NCBI GenBank assembly: GCA_973895155.1
Contig: OZ316893.1
Coordinates: 26,958,798-27,022,797, forward strand
Length of the DNA: 64,000 nt
Source of the DNA: Marsupella aquatica
Taxonomy: Eukaryota > Plantae > Marchantiophyta
Direction: 5' to 3'
The notes beneath the pieces are model-generated. The model was not told the DNA's origin. It was given only the letters and a program-made list of their open reading frames with translations, and made no database searches. A program made the translations under genes and the position numbers. Of the stretch, positions 1 to 14,000 are shown one piece after another (positions within the stretch are counted from its first letter, which is position 1; every line of letters begins with the position of its first letter).

Positions 1-1476
1 GTAGCATCAAAAGAGTGTTTCAGCCCTAACTTTGTAGACTCAAGTTTGTATGGTGCTACCTAGCTTGCGGACCTACTCACCATACAAAATTGAAGAAAAT
101 GGATTGCCAAAACTTTCCAATGGTCCTTATCGAACCAATCAGATGGAAAAGAAAAAAAGTGGGACCGTGGGAGTCAGGGAGGAAAAAACACTGCAACTCT
201 GCTGATTGACATGAAATTAATGATTTGGCACATTCATTTGTATCCAAACAGAATTAATTGAGGGCAACTTGAATGGATCACCAGTGAAAGGTTGTGTAAG
301 AGACAAATGACAATGAGCACCTACCTTCTACAACATACTAACACCACTATGAGTCAGTGAAAATAAATCACTGACCAAAGATGAGAAAAATAGACTTTGA
401 GTGTAAATATGAACTCGTTGTACCCCCCGTTGTACCCTATCTACATGATTACTGGATTGATGACCCTTAGGTGGCTGACCCTTATCCACTCTCGGCCAAG
501 GCTGTTTGTTGGCAATCCGGGGGTCCATTGGGCAGGTTTTTGGCATTGGATTGTTGTGTTCTCTGGCCCTTGGGTTTATTTTTCTCTATGCCTTGCTAAA
601 GTACAGGGGGCCCATTGTTGCCTTTACTGGAAAATTAAGATTAACAAATGTACATTTTCAGAAAGTTGTATCTTAATTATCTATATTTAAGTTCCTATGT
701 GTATAGCTGTCATCTCTTAGTTCTCAAATATACTTTTCACTTGGCAACCTACTTCTGATCAAAGATACTGAATTTTTAAAAATATTTTGTTTTGACATTA
801 AACTAGGAAACTTTTGGCTTTTCCCTGCACCTCTTGCTTCTCCCTCTGGACGTATATCGTGTGCCGAGAGCCCCACTAGCTCAAGATGATTGGAGATCAA
901 TTGGTACAGACCTAGTGAGGCCCTAGACATACAATAGTTCCTCCCAATTTATCCAATTTTCCAATTTATGTTAATCTCCGATCACTTTTCATCTTCTATT
1001 TATTGAGGTGACACGTGTACCAAAGAAAATTATGCTTTAAGATGAATCATTTTTTGTAAAACAAGTGTGGACTGTACAATAACTTTGTTATTACCTCTAG
1101 GGTAAAGGCCGGGTACCAAAGGCTTATGATTGTAAGCCACTCAATCCCCAAGGGCAGGGGCCCAAGGAGTGTAGCTCTGGCTTGTCAACCTCCACTTCTT
1201 CAGATTTACTGTGCATAACATCAATAGAAGATCTTCACTTTGATTCAATTTGTGACAGATTCTTGTTGAAATGGTTGCTGTGTCATCATTAAAGTGGATC
1301 ATATTTGTAACTTTCTCAATAAGCCCTGGTAGGGGGGCATTACATTTGTAAGGCCTGATCCTTGAGGACTGGAGCCCTAGGGGAAGGGTGGGCTACAACC
1401 ATCAGATTCTATAATTCCGGGTTTAAGATAAAAACGTAAGGTCATTGAAATTAGCCAAAACAAAGTGTATCATCAA

Positions 1477-1655
1477 TATGGATAATGGTGGTCCTATGGA
1501 ACCCATGATGTCTCGAGCTAACTATCCAAAGACCCCAACAAACTTATGATTCTCCCTAATATCAGTATGGATAGTGGTGGTCCTAGGGAACCCATGATGT
1601 CTCGGGCTACCTATCCAAAGAGCCCATCAAACTTATGAGTCTCCCTATATAGCAT
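1477..1655. repeat. ~90-bp tandem duplication; related units recur at ~3024-3150
   Basis: Two near-identical copies of tatggata(a/g)tggtggtccta..gaacccatgatgtctcg..ctatccaaaga..ccatcaaacttatga; the aaagagcccatcaaacttatgagt core occurs twice more at 3030-3120. Confidence 0.8.
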
Positions 1656-2006
1656 GCTCATCCTGGAACATGCTTTATTTTTTGTCTTGTAGTGATCTGA
1701 AAGTAAATAAAATATGAGAGCATAGAAGTGCTGTTATATAAGTAAAGTGTCTACCAAGAAAAGCAGAGTGACCAAGAAAAGGTACAGTCAAACGATGCTA
1801 CGATGTGTGCAGTTACCTCAGGGTGGGTGCCTTATGAATGACACTCCTTTCAATAAAAACCATAAACCTAGGAAATAAAAACATGAGGAGAACTTAAGAG
1901 GCTATGCATTCATGTTCTTCAGCATCATTTCTCTCACTCGTGGTGGTGGAGCCATTGGTTTCATCTCTAAGAAAACTCATACTGTGAAAGGGGGCTGCCA
2001 AAATAA

Positions 2007-2673
2007 GGTGAAAACACTCTAGAATATATACCTAAAACTAAAGGGGTCTAAAAATTAATTTAAAATGTATAGAATACAAAGGCTGCCCCTTGATTAAGGC
2101 AGATTGAAATGAAAATACATGACACAAAAATCTGAATAAGACAAAATCTGAAATGTGCATTCACCATATAACAGCTTCAAAATTCAATCATTATAAGAGT
2201 TCATGATTGGGGGCCTGCTTGGGGGCTTCATTTCCACAAAAATGACACATAACATACAACAAAGTATAGGGTCATTTTAATTGATTATAAGGGAAGACCT
2301 AAAAAAATTCTCAAAATAACAATATGGTTTTTCTTATCAAAATTTTAGAATATTCCAAAAATATTCCAACTTTATAGGGGTGAATTTTTTTAAAATTTTA
2401 TATTTTAGGATATCTTAAGCCTAAAATTGTTGTAGGTGATGGAGATATCTCCATATAGTGAGACCTCAGAGTTCTTGTGAGTAATTTTGGTGAATGAAAC
2501 TCCTATATGGTGAATCCATCTTCCAGTATTTTGTCTTATTCAAACTTCTTTTCTTGTGTATTTTAATTCAATGTGTCTTACCAAGGTGCATCCCTTGTAC
2601 ACTTTAGATTTTGAATTTAATCTGGCACCCCTCTAAAATTTTCAACCTTTGATATATTTTTGATCATCCACCC
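2007..2673. mobile_element. Non-autonomous foldback DNA transposon with ~165-bp imperfect terminal inverted repeats (Harbinger- or MULE-like)
   Basis: ~2007-2170 is the reverse complement of ~2505-2673 (tgaataagacaaaat / attttgtcttattca; attcaccatata / tatatggtgaat); TAA/TTA-like flanks; no ORF. Confidence 0.6.
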
Positions 2674-2711
2674 TTTAACAAAGCTCACGGAAGTTCTTGT
2701 TAGATATTGCT

Positions 2712-3022
2712 TGTCTTGTGATTCATGAGTTAATCACAATTAGTCTAACTTGGGTTAGAACTTAGCTAATGTTAGCGGTAGTGTTGTTGTGCATATAGCT
2801 AGGGCTGATGCCAGACCCTGGTAAAACATACTTAGGCTCATTGTTACGGAATTAATTGAGAGATAGAGAGAGTTTGTGTTATGGATGTTTAGTATGGTCT
2901 GTTGATCTAGAGTGCAATAAAATTATTGTGTGTTCCCGTGGACGTAACCTTATGTGGAGATGAACCACGTATCTCTCTGTGTCGACTATTGTGCATTGAA
3001 TGATTCATGGGCTTGCCGTTAC
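2712..3022 (+). mobile_element. Solo LTR, Ty1/copia-like
   Basis: Carries cccgtggacgta..gaaccacgta..tgtgt, a motif I recall from Tnt1-type copia LTRs; homologous copy at ~61581-61891 (shared cttaggctcattgttacgga and gtgtgttcccgtggacgta). Confidence 0.55.
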
Positions 3023-3254
3023 GTTATCCAAAGAGCCCATCAAACTTATGAGTCTCCCTAATATCTCAGTAGCAAGGGGGAGAGAGTTGCCTTTCAAAAG
3101 AGCCCATCAAACTTATGAGTTTCACTTATATCTCAATAGCAAGGGGGAGGATGCTCTATGATGACGCCCATATTCCATATTTCTTGTGGATGACCCCATG
3201 TTGCATACTTCTTTTCTTTTGCCATTTGCCCCCCATAGGGTGACTGCCGTCTTG

Positions 3255-3358
3255 AAGCTTGACCTGTCTCCTGTCTCCAAGCGCTTACTCTACTTTACCA
3301 GACTCTAAGCTTGACCTGTCTCCCGTCTCCAAGCGCTTACTCTACTTTACCAGACTCT
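3255..3358. repeat. 52-bp tandem duplication (one mismatch)
   Basis: aagcttgacctgtctcc(t/c)gtctccaagcgcttactctactttaccagactct x2. Confidence 0.9.
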
Positions 3359-3717
3359 ACAGTAAGATGTGAGAGCCAGCTACACTGGTATTGTGTGGTA
3401 GTGGCATACTGACATAACAAGTGTATTCCCCAAGGTAGTGAAATTCTTGTGAAACATCGCCACTGCAAGTGGCCTGGTGACCAAATGATCCTACGGCGAC
3501 AGATCTAATGCTCAAGGTTAGGGTTGTTTCCCTGATTTCTGGGTCCTGCGGGGACCACTCACCACTCCCCACCAGGCCAAGCCAAAACATTGATTGCCTG
3601 ACCGATTTTCCTCTCCTCTCAACAGTTCATTACTATTCAAAGCCTAACATTCATTGCCAGAAACGCTGATTGAAGCAGTTTTTCAGAGTGTGTTGAGAGA
3701 TTGGCGATAAACTTTAC

Positions 3718-3781
3718 TTGAAGCACAAGAAGTCAAGATTTCGAAGCATAAGAAGCCAAGAACCAACATTGGGGCCGACAT
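3718..3781 (-). CDS. Putative first coding exon (signal-peptide-like) of a gene continuing left of the window
   Basis: ATG at 3781 reads MSAPMLVLGFLCFEILTSCAS, then a phase-1 donor A|GTAAAG; upstream acceptor (tttctttttcatattagtatttgctacaag ~3945), donor ctgcag|gtccgc ~4007, and a CpG-rich segment with a TGGGCC site at ~4259. Confidence 0.3.
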
Positions 3782-5877
3782 GCTTGCAGAGCTTGTTTCT
3801 CCGTGGGAGGACCGAGTCGCATCTGTGAATCAACGAGGACAGCAGGATTCCACAGGCATGATTGTGTTTTGTGTGAAACCTAATTGGAACGGAAAGAGCA
3901 GTGGGTCCGACGGTCGTGATCCACATACTGACTTCATATCGACCTTGTAGCAAATACTAATATGAAAAAGAAACAGGCGTTAAATCCAAATCTACAGTAG
4001 GCGGACCTGCAGCGGGTGGCATCCACTCCAATCCAGTGGTGAATAAAACTGATCCAGGCACTCCATCCAAAACTGTCAGCCGTTGTCTACAGCAGTGCTA
4101 CGTACTCCTGCTAAGTCCCGGGTCAATCATAACGATGACGTACACGCGATAGGGAGAATGTAAATCCAAAGGCCTACAAGGTTACCCCTAAATCTACCCA
4201 CGAGGGAGGAACGTGCGCTACGGTATCGGCGCTCCCCTAAACGCTTTGGCCGAAAAATTGGCCCAAAATTTTAGTCACATGCTTGGCTTGGTCAGCACAG
4301 CAATCTGGTGTCAGAATTGAACAGCGGTAGAGGGAATAGCTTTCAGAGGTACTCAAGTCATACAGCTTGCTATGACGGACACCGGCCAGCTATAGTCTAG
4401 AAGTAGTTCAAGACACTCTAGCTACTTCAGATATTTCTTTTGAGTCAAAATGAAATCGCTGCTCCCGACACCAGAGTAAAAATTAAGTGCGGCCCCCTCG
4501 GTAAAAGTTTCCGTTCAGAACAAAGAATAAAGCAATCGCAGCAACCCTTCGACCTTTCTGCGTTCCTGAATGTGTGACCCCACTCCCAAACAGAAGTCAT
4601 CCTGGCTGGACGTTTATTCATGATGAGTAAATGTCAGTTTGACTTTTACTCAAAGCTCACCAAACTGGGGTGAAAACAAGTCCGGTCGACAATGTTTCGC
4701 TTCAGAGTTCAGACCATGCGAAAGGAATTGCCATGAATGAAGTTTTTTTTAACACTAATGAATTACTCAATAGTGTCTTCCCATTGTTTCAGGGGTCACA
4801 GTTCTTCTCTGACCCATAGACAGCTGTTACGTTTGTTCCAACCGGGATCAGAGCATAATTCCACTCATGCTCATCAACATGTTGCAACTTATATCCCTGC
4901 CAGGGACTGAGGATGTAAAGGACAAACTACCACAGAAGCCAGCCGGGACCTTGTCCCTCTAAGCTTGAGAAAAATGTTTTGGTAATTAACGTCCTTACTG
5001 TGTAATATTCTTAAAGAGCAAACCGATCCAACCCTCCTTAGCTGGTCAAAATGCAGTCGCGATTCACACCTGCAAAACATAGTGACCAAGAAGCCCTCTG
5101 ACAGATTCAGTCAATTTGAGAATACCTTCAGTGGTGTACATGTAAGCAAATGCTATACAATCCGATGCTTCGCACCTTTGCCAGATCCCTCGGTCGAAAG
5201 AAACCTGGTCCACACACAGATTTCCTTGCAGTGTCAACAAATCAGGTCAGCAAATTTAAAGACAAGACGCCACACATAGGTCTTCAACTCTAGAGGAAAA
5301 ATGAGCTCGGTACCACTTCATTGCTGTTTGGAAAGACAATAGCATAAAGAGCACACAGATAGCCAGACATTCTGACGAGTTTGTTGCTCTTTTTAGACGC
5401 AAGCACACAAGTCCACGAAGACAATTCAGAAAGCAGGTGTGCATCCACTTAGTGAAGTTCCTTGGGCGTCAATCCATCTTCAATGTTCGGAGTAAAATCA
5501 ATAAAAAAATATTTTGATAGCGCGCCTCAGATGTCAATCCCTGTTACGAAGGTCGGTTTCATCCGGAAGATTATTTAACATTGAGATCGAAGATAATGGA
5601 CCTCTCGAGACCATCCGGGCCCGAAAAAACTCTTAATCAATTGATTTGGAAAAATTAGCATCTATCTGATGGGATTAAAAGAATGAGGGGTTCAACCAGT
5701 TTACAAGCGAGCTCACTTTGTCGTTGTAAGAGCTTGACGGACCTATCGGTGTATAATTGAGGAAAAAAGCAGGTTGAGACTCTCTTGACCTGTCACATAA
5801 GGGGCCAATCTTCTGGACACCCCTGTGCCGGTGCTGCTACCTGTAAAATTTAGTCGAAAGTGGTGTAAGCTTCCTTG

Positions 5878-8643
5878 TTAGTGGCCGAAATTACACATTT
5901 GGACAAACTCCATGTCATAGTCAACATATTTGGTCCAGAATTCTCTGTATTGATTGAAGGCAAGGTCAAGCCACGGCTTCATGTTGCCATTGTAGTGAAT
6001 GACAGCAGCAGACTTGATCTGATCGATAGGGATGCTTGGATTGTATCCCAAGCCGAGCACATGCCAGCTTTTATCAAGAGGTTTAGTCGTGCTGTAAAAA
6101 GTGATCAGACCGGGAGGTAACGTTCCCAGCTTCCACAAGGTCCGGTTCTCATTCTGCAAACGCGGAACAAAGGTAAGCAGTCTGCGGCCATGCCAATCAT
6201 TAGAAACCCATATTCAGAACGATTCTCTATAACATTTTTGCAGCAGTCCTTCAAGAATATTGAGCACATCGCGTGTTGGTCAGACTAAAATAGACAACGA
6301 CGAAAGTGAAACGGAAACATTCAACTCAAGCTGACGTGACTAAACAAAACACGACTCCCATCCCATTTCATCATACAACTGAGACGAAGCTTGAAAGAGA
6401 CACATGGTTACCCAGCCTTACCAAGTTCTGCCAATAATGATACTCCTCGGTGCTCTTTTCCCTGCGCCATGCATCCAAATCGAAGAAGTTCATGCCGTAT
6501 GCCCAACCGCAAGCCTTCGGATCAAATTTCTCTTGTATCAACGGGTGTGAGAAGTTCAGATACTTGTCATATCTATGAAATGAGCCGAAACAGGTTTCCA
6601 CGGCACCGTTCACGTTCCCATCCATATCAATTTCCCACAGACCTGTGAGATCTTTCTGCACGACGATATCGTCGTCTAAGAACAGAATCCTGTGTAACTT
6701 GGGGTACATCTCCGGCAGATAAAATCGTAAATGATTGAGCATAGACAAATACTTAGGATTCCTGAATTTCATATTCGCGGTGTCCTTGGTGGCATTTTCC
6801 ATCTCGTTCTCAAAATAAAAACGCTGCAAATTCGCAGACTCCAATTGGCGCAACACAGGTACGTACGACGAATTCAGAAATTTGAAGTCTTCCACCGCTT
6901 TGACGTCTATGTGAGCCCCTTGCGGAGGACGTTTCTTAAACCAGACGGTCATCGCTCCGAGATTCATCTTATCAGTCACGACGTGAAAAACATGCTTCGA
7001 CGGTTCGTTGACGTTCTTGATCGCCGAGTTCACAACGACCGAAGCGGCGATGACATTATCGGAGAAAATTGCGTAGTGATAGAGGTTCGGGTCTTCCAGC
7101 TCGGGGGCACTGAGATCTCGAATATACTTGTGAGGGTGAGCGACACGCTCTTGCATGAGCCTCATGGAAATACAGTGCAAACTTTTAGGAATGGATTTCG
7201 CGGCAACAAGGCTCGAGAATGCTCCCTGCTTTTTAGCTCTGATCAGCTGGTCATTGGCGGAAAACAGCGTATCCTTCAACTTCTGAATTTTAACCTGAGT
7301 GTCATAAACTTCTCTCGCATCCAAGGTCACCTTCTTAGTTTCAGTCATGTACTCCCTTAGCGCTCTCTCAAATTGATTCAGCACCTCCTTGTCAACGAAA
7401 TCATCCTCCACCAAGGCTCTGTACTCCGGCTTGCTCAAAAATTCGGTGTAATTCGCTGCTGTCTCCTCGAACAAGCGGAGTTGCCGCATGGTGTCCAGCT
7501 TCGCCTTACGAGCGAAGGAAGCATATGTGTTGACAGTAACTATTTGGTCCTTGGCCATTTTAAAATACTGATCTACTTTGGCCTTCAAAGGATCGGGATG
7601 TGGTTTCAACGCCAAAAACGTGCGCGAAATGTAGGCATGGAGATGATTTGATGCCATATACGTCTTGTCTAGTCCTACCTGCATGAAAGCTTGGTGTCAT
7701 TCAAGCTACGAGGTGGAAAAGACACTACAGCAGCGTCTTTCCATTCTCTAACGCAAATGCAGATACACCAGCAAGTGTCCAGAATGACCTCACAAACCAA
7801 CGTAGTCACAGCGTTCGAAAAAAATTAGCAAAAATCTCAAACTGAAACAACTTAAAACAGGCATAGACTGAACACAGGTCAATGATAAGAGGCAATGAAT
7901 GAAGGAAGGATGTAAGGCAAGACACACTGAATGAAGGATTGAAAGGCACTGATAACGGAAAATGGACGACATTGTTGACAATAAATCGACCTATGGCTGC
8001 ACTCACTGCACGCACTGCACTCACTACACCAGACCTGAAATGTTGAGACCAAGGAGTGCCGAATCTCACTTCTAAGTCGCGCAAATTGGTGTCAGATGTA
8101 CGGGGTACACAATGTCTATCTTCACTGTAACTTCGGTTTCCGCAATAAGTTTGTGATCGGAGTATTGAAGCAATTCCTGTGCAGGTATGCGAAACTAAGA
8201 GTAGAACGAGACAATTGTGCTTTCGGAGCCCGAACACGCCCACTACAGTACATGACTGAACAAAAATTGGATTCCAAGGCCTTGCTAAGAGCAATGGTCA
8301 AGAGTAAAATCAATGGAACAAATTAACGACAGATTATCGACACGAGAATGAGCGAATGCACTACAGTTTTTTCGGAGGCTCAGGGAGACGACAGAGGTAT
8401 GATGGGTGAGATAGCTGCACACAAACACCGACAGAGAGGGAGGAAGGGGGACAGAGCAAGCCACGGAGCGATAGGGAGGGAGAGCGAAAGAGTGCCTGTG
8501 CTACGCACCGGTCTTGTGATTTTGTGATCACGGTAGAGTAGAGCTATGGAGCACACGCAGAGTAAGCAGAGCATAGTCGGAATAATAGGCCTGTAAGCGA
8601 AGACCTTCGCTCTTCCAGCCAACCTGCTACCCCGCATCGCCAT
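5878..8643 (-). CDS. GAUT8: Galacturonosyltransferase, GT8 family, GAUT8/QUASIMODO1-like (555 aa)
   Basis: Exons 8643-8509, 7678-6422 and 6153-5878 with phase-0 GT-AG introns; N-terminal membrane anchor, SIPKSLHC, YHYAIFSDNV, NPKYLSMLNHLRFYLPE, FLDDD (DxD), LWKLGTLPPGL, HYNGNMKPW. Confidence 0.95.
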
Positions 8644-10937
8644 GACTGCACCAAAGTTCTCGCACGCTCAGCTTACAAGATAAAGCGAGAGAAATTCTCA
8701 GTTGTCCCACACCGTCATGAATCCACCCTCCAGCTAGACAGGGATCTCCTTGCACAATTTTCCCATGCAAATTTCCTGCATCCTCGACCCGACGCTGCAA
8801 TGCAGCAACATTGCTCGCAGAACTAGTTTCAGTGACTTCACTGCTCTCGTTCTGCTTGAGGCAATGAAACCGATAACACACTCCTACAAACTCCCTATCC
8901 TCCCAGCGCTACACGAGACAGAACGTCCGGAACAGTTCAAGTTGTACAAAATCCTGGAAAGAGGAGAGCATTGTAAAATATATCCATGCCGTCTCGTTCT
9001 ACCTATCTACCTCTGTATGTCCTACTGTCTTTCTCGTCAATTAGTCGATATCGGAAAAGATGGACGTCGTCCGTTCTCTGAAGACTTCACGAAAAAGGGA
9101 CGAACAGTCACGCAGATGCCAAATGTGTCAAATGACGTTGGCTCAAAACGCTTCGTCCGCTAGCTGCCGCGTCGACTTCGGTCATGCCACCAAATGCATC
9201 ACGCTGGATAGCTCGAGCGATTTCTCCTTCCCTCATTCCGAATCAACCGACTGTCAGAGCTCTTCACGGCCTAGTCTTCACTAACGTCAAAATATGAAAC
9301 GGTAGGAACGCTCCTCTTCGTCGACCACATCACAAAACGAATATATGAGGATTTCTGACGAGCTTGCGCTCCCGCCCTTCTATCACGGTGCAAAGATGTC
9401 GACGCCTCGAAGGTTCCTTCACGGCCTACCGACCTCGCTCCGCCTTCGCCCCGCCTTCATATAGAAAACTCCGCAAAATAAATGTACAGTGCCAACAGTC
9501 ATCCGCTTGCCCGTCCACTGACACAATGCCGGCACAATGCCGGTACTGAGACTGAACTCACTGAACTCACTGAAGCTTCGATGTTCCCTCTAACTTCATC
9601 ATCACCTCTTCACTGACAGTACCGAAAGTAATGAAGAGGACGGGGAGATGGTGGTCACGCTCGCTCGTCGATCGTCTAACCTCTACACCTACTGTTGGCG
9701 AGGAACTCGTAGCGCGCTCGGCAGAATGATGTGCCCGCTGAGCAAGCTCACACAGTACAGTGTGGCGAATGCGAATGGACTAGAATGGAGATTTTTCCTC
9801 GTGTGTTTGCTTTGAAGATGCTGCGTGTAATATACGCCAGGCGAACACAAGAGCGTGATCTCTCATACACAGCTGACGAGCAGCGATGGATGGGAATACA
9901 GACAGGGAAATATCACGATTGACCCAGATTAACCCAATTTATCTGGCAATGTATGGCAAGTTTTTTGTAGGACAATTTTTGCTGTCCAATATAAAGAATG
10001 TAAACACAGCTTTTATATACATGAGCCCTATACCCATGCTTTGCAGGGTGCAAGGAGGGAGCTAGCTCATAGGGAGCTGGGCTGAGGCATTTATGGGGCA
10101 GCCTGGGGAAACACATATGTGCCAGGGGTGTTCATTTCCTCCACCAATGATCAAGAAAAACATCCAAACTAATCCAACAATTGTGGATCATTCTTGCCTA
10201 GGAGTTTTTTGTATTGGGACCAAGGACAAAAAAAATAAGGGATACCTGGTCAAGTTCCCAACCAAAAAAAAGTTTTAAAAAGTTGTAGATTGTCACTAAA
10301 TATGTATTATAATATTGTCACTGTTTTATTTGTATTTACAAATAGGTTTTTGTATATAGTTCCTTGGTTACCTTGTCATTCATATATCATTTTTGTAAAT
10401 ACAAAAAAAATCATGACACTATTGTTAATTAGAATATCTTTAGTCACAGAGTACTTAAAAAGTTGATGTACAAAATAATGAGTGTTTGTGCAAGGGGTTC
10501 ACTAGGCTATAACACTCTCATAAGAAGAGAAGAAAAACTTACTAGCCCTATCCCACAAGCTTTTCTGAGCATTTTGGCAGCAGGGTTCAGACTAGAACCC
10601 CAGTCCAAATAGTCTTTACATTGTCCAAATGTGGTGTAAAAAAAAGTTATCCATCATAAGTTTCTGGGCAAGAGATTATAGAAACACCAAGGATATTAAT
10701 AAATGGTTACACGCCGGTAACATATATTCCGTATTGCATTTACAAAATGGGATTTTTCTCCTCAAATCATTGAATCTTTGTCTAGATAAGAGAATTAATC
10801 CAAGCTAACTCTCAATTCATTAAGTCTGTTGGAAACTCAATGGTTTGCATGCATAAATTATAACTACTTTCTAGGGAAGAAGAGAAATAGTCACTCCCAC
10901 TCCTGTGCCAAATGAGACAAAATTGACTGGCTCACGA

Positions 10938-11039
10938 TGAAGGAGAAGAAGATTCAAGAGGATGAAAGAATAATCCCCTTTTACCTGGTGAAGGAGAAGA
11001 AGAAGATTCAAGATGATGAAAGAATAATCCCCTTACCTT
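10938..11039. repeat. ~52-bp tandem duplication
   Basis: tgaaggagaagaag..attcaaga(g/t)gatgaaagaataatcccctt x2. Confidence 0.85.
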
Positions 11040-14000
11040 GTGTGACAAGTATATTGATAATGTTCACTAAGATCTCATCTATTGTTTTTGGGATTGTCAA
11101 AAGTGATTTAGACATGGGTTACATCTATCATGAAGAGATCTCTACGAGATGAACATCACTCTGACCAAATCAGCATTTGCTCAAGGCTTACTGGGGCTCG
11201 TATTTCACATTCTGTCTCTTTGGCCGGCTGAACCACATCTGATCGCTTTCATGAGTCTGACTGAAGTGTGGGCTGGCCTCAGCTCTGGGCCTTAGACTTG
11301 CCAACCAGAGGCAAGACATTCATCTGGTAGATTATAGTAGGGGGGCTCTTCATGGGAGCTAGGGCGCTTTGCATGGAGGTGAGCAACAGTGACTACAAGT
11401 TATGCAGTGGTGTGCTCAAGACCTGCATAGTTTCTTTTCTATGTGAATATGCAGAACAGTGTTGGAGGCTCTGTGGATTTTACCTGAGGTATCTTTGTGT
11501 GTCAATCGTCCAAGGACTGATGTCTCTGTTAGATGCCTCATTTGGAAAGGACTTTGTACATGTAACAATTAAAGTTCTTTGTTTTATTTCAGATTTTATG
11601 ACTACTTTGGCTGGGACGGAACAATCACATGTTCCTAGTTGGGGGGCATAGAGTTTTTGACTTAGGACTATTGCTTTCTAAGACTATAGACCACCTTTTG
11701 GCTCTGAGCCATAGGTCCCCTTCGGGTAGGAAGAAGATCTGCCTACTCAAAGCCAAACCTAGATCAAGAAGTAGCGTAGGAACTGGCTCAGGCATGGTTG
11801 CGGCCACACCTCCTCTGACCAATGAATCAAGGGATGAGGGTGCACTTGATACTTTTCCTTTGGATCATTGGTATGGTGTTGGTGTTTATACCTTTCACTG
11901 GCTTGTAGGTAGGGCTAGAGGTTTTATTATTTCTAGGTCATTCCCGAGGTTGTGTTGGCCCGGGAGAGGCCTCTCCCCCTGGGGTGTTGTTTCGTTGTGG
12001 CCTTGGGGTTGGTGGCCCTGTGAGTTGCTGCTGATCACCGCTTTGTGTGCCATTGGTTGCTTGTTTGCCCTTGCCATGGGGTTTTTTGAGGCTGAAATAA
12101 ATTATAAATTTAAAAACCATTTTGACAAAGATGCACTTCAAGTGTCACTATTGTCAACTTTTTGTTTCCTAGATTTCATGTCAGACAAAGAGCAAAGAAC
12201 AATATCTTATTCGATTATTTTCTACTAAAGGGGATGAGACATTGGATGGAAATAGCCTGGTTGCCATCACGCCTCACGGTTGCCCCAAGAGACAAGTGTA
12301 GTTAAGATCATTAGGAGCCTAAATCTGACGGGTGTCCACTGTGTCTAGAGACTAGCTACTTTAGGTAGCCTAGAGTCTATATTACATGAGGTTCAGTGCA
12401 CTTAAACCCTTCCCATTCAGGGATCTTTTAATTATAATTGTCTCTCCCTAATGAAATATTATATTATATTATATATGTATCTTATCTTACTCTGTATAGT
12501 TTGCAATCCCATCAATAGGCTGGCACCAATTAGCATACTATCACACCAATCTAGGTAGTATTGTAGTATATTGTACTATCTATATTCATATGTTTAGTAT
12601 GTGTGCTATATAAGCCAATAAGGATCTGTTAGGTTTGTGTGGGATAGTAGTTCTCCCTTGTGAGGCATCAAAAGGTTATCTTTCGATGTTGAGCCGTGGA
12701 GAGGGGAGCTGGTGTTGTGGCTATGGTGGCTGAGAACTCCTTTTGTGTAGTGTGGATTTCTTGAGTGCAAGGTGCGTTGGCTTGACATATGTATGTGATC
12801 CGATTGGACGGGATTGAGTACGTGTTGTTGGAGTCAATTGGTGTTCGTATCTATTGAAGATTATTGTGGGTTTTGGACATGTTCTCCATTCTCTTATGTA
12901 TGTGTGATGTATTGTGTTTAGTTATGGATGTATGTGACAAACAATGTATGTTGTGTAGTGATGTATATGCACATGACAATACTAACTAGATTGTTTATAG
13001 GATACTTTCTTGAGCATCTACTCACATACTAAAAAAAATATGTTATCCTAATGTTTTTCACTTTTGTCTATATACAAAATATCAAATGAGCAGGACTTGA
13101 GTGTGTCCATTTGATTACAATGGGTATTATCAAGACCGTTCAATCAAACAATTAGCCCTCCCGACCCTTGACTAAAGACCAACTTTCATTCCCAATGCCC
13201 TAACTGATACCCAACCCTCTTGATGTGGACGAGGATGTGGGCGCCTAAAATGGGTTTCGCCTTGACTCCCCGACTAACAACCAACTTGCACTCCCTGTGC
13301 CCTGACTGACGACCACCCCAACGTCTGAAACATATATGGTTGAGGGCGCTGGCTGTCCCCTCGGCTGTCCCATTATGAGATATATTGTTGACCATATATG
13401 GTCGACATGTGTATGCCGTAAATTGTATATGGGAGGCAATATGCACCACTATGGGATGAGCAAGTGCCCCTTACTTTACATTAAGGACATCTAGGCAAAG
13501 TAAACACTGACTTACACATTGACTAATGCCTGGATGCAAGATTCAAATGTATCTTTGTGCTCCATGCTCGCGTATGAAGTATAGTCAACATTACGAGGCA
13601 ACCAGAAGTGTTGTCGTGGCAGTAGCTTAAAGGCCCAAAGGGTGAAGAATCACCTAGACGTCCTTAACTGGTGCCCTCTAGGGCACTCCTTGCTTTCCAG
13701 ATCCTACTCTCCCTGCTGCCCTGACACGATGCCCTGATGTGGGTGCCTGATGTGTGCGCCCCTCCAATGCCCTCCAGTAATGGCCCTTCTCACCCTCCTG
13801 ACCCAATGAGGCCCCCAATGAGACCTGACATCCCTTCCTGGATCATGCCAACCATAGCCCCTTGCCTTCCTGAAGATGTCACCCTGACACCCTCTTGGCC
13901 CTCATTGATTCCTCACCCTAACACAATCCTGTCCTGAAAACTTGGACAGAGGTGAGCATACTTGCCATGATGACGAGCAGTTTTTGAGGGCCCTCTTACA

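Noticed and set aside
6391-7651. Long plus-strand ORFs (209, 92 and 85 aa)
   Set aside because: Antisense shadows of the GAUT coding exon.
7790-9922. ORFs in GAUT intron 1 and leader (e.g. 7806-8294, 8627-8881, 8750-9163)
   Set aside because: Mostly non-ATG starts with no recognisable motifs; exon 1 splices in frame to exon 2 without them.
11629-12228. 199-aa ORF
   Set aside because: Lies in CpG-depleted TE debris, low-complexity, no domain motif.
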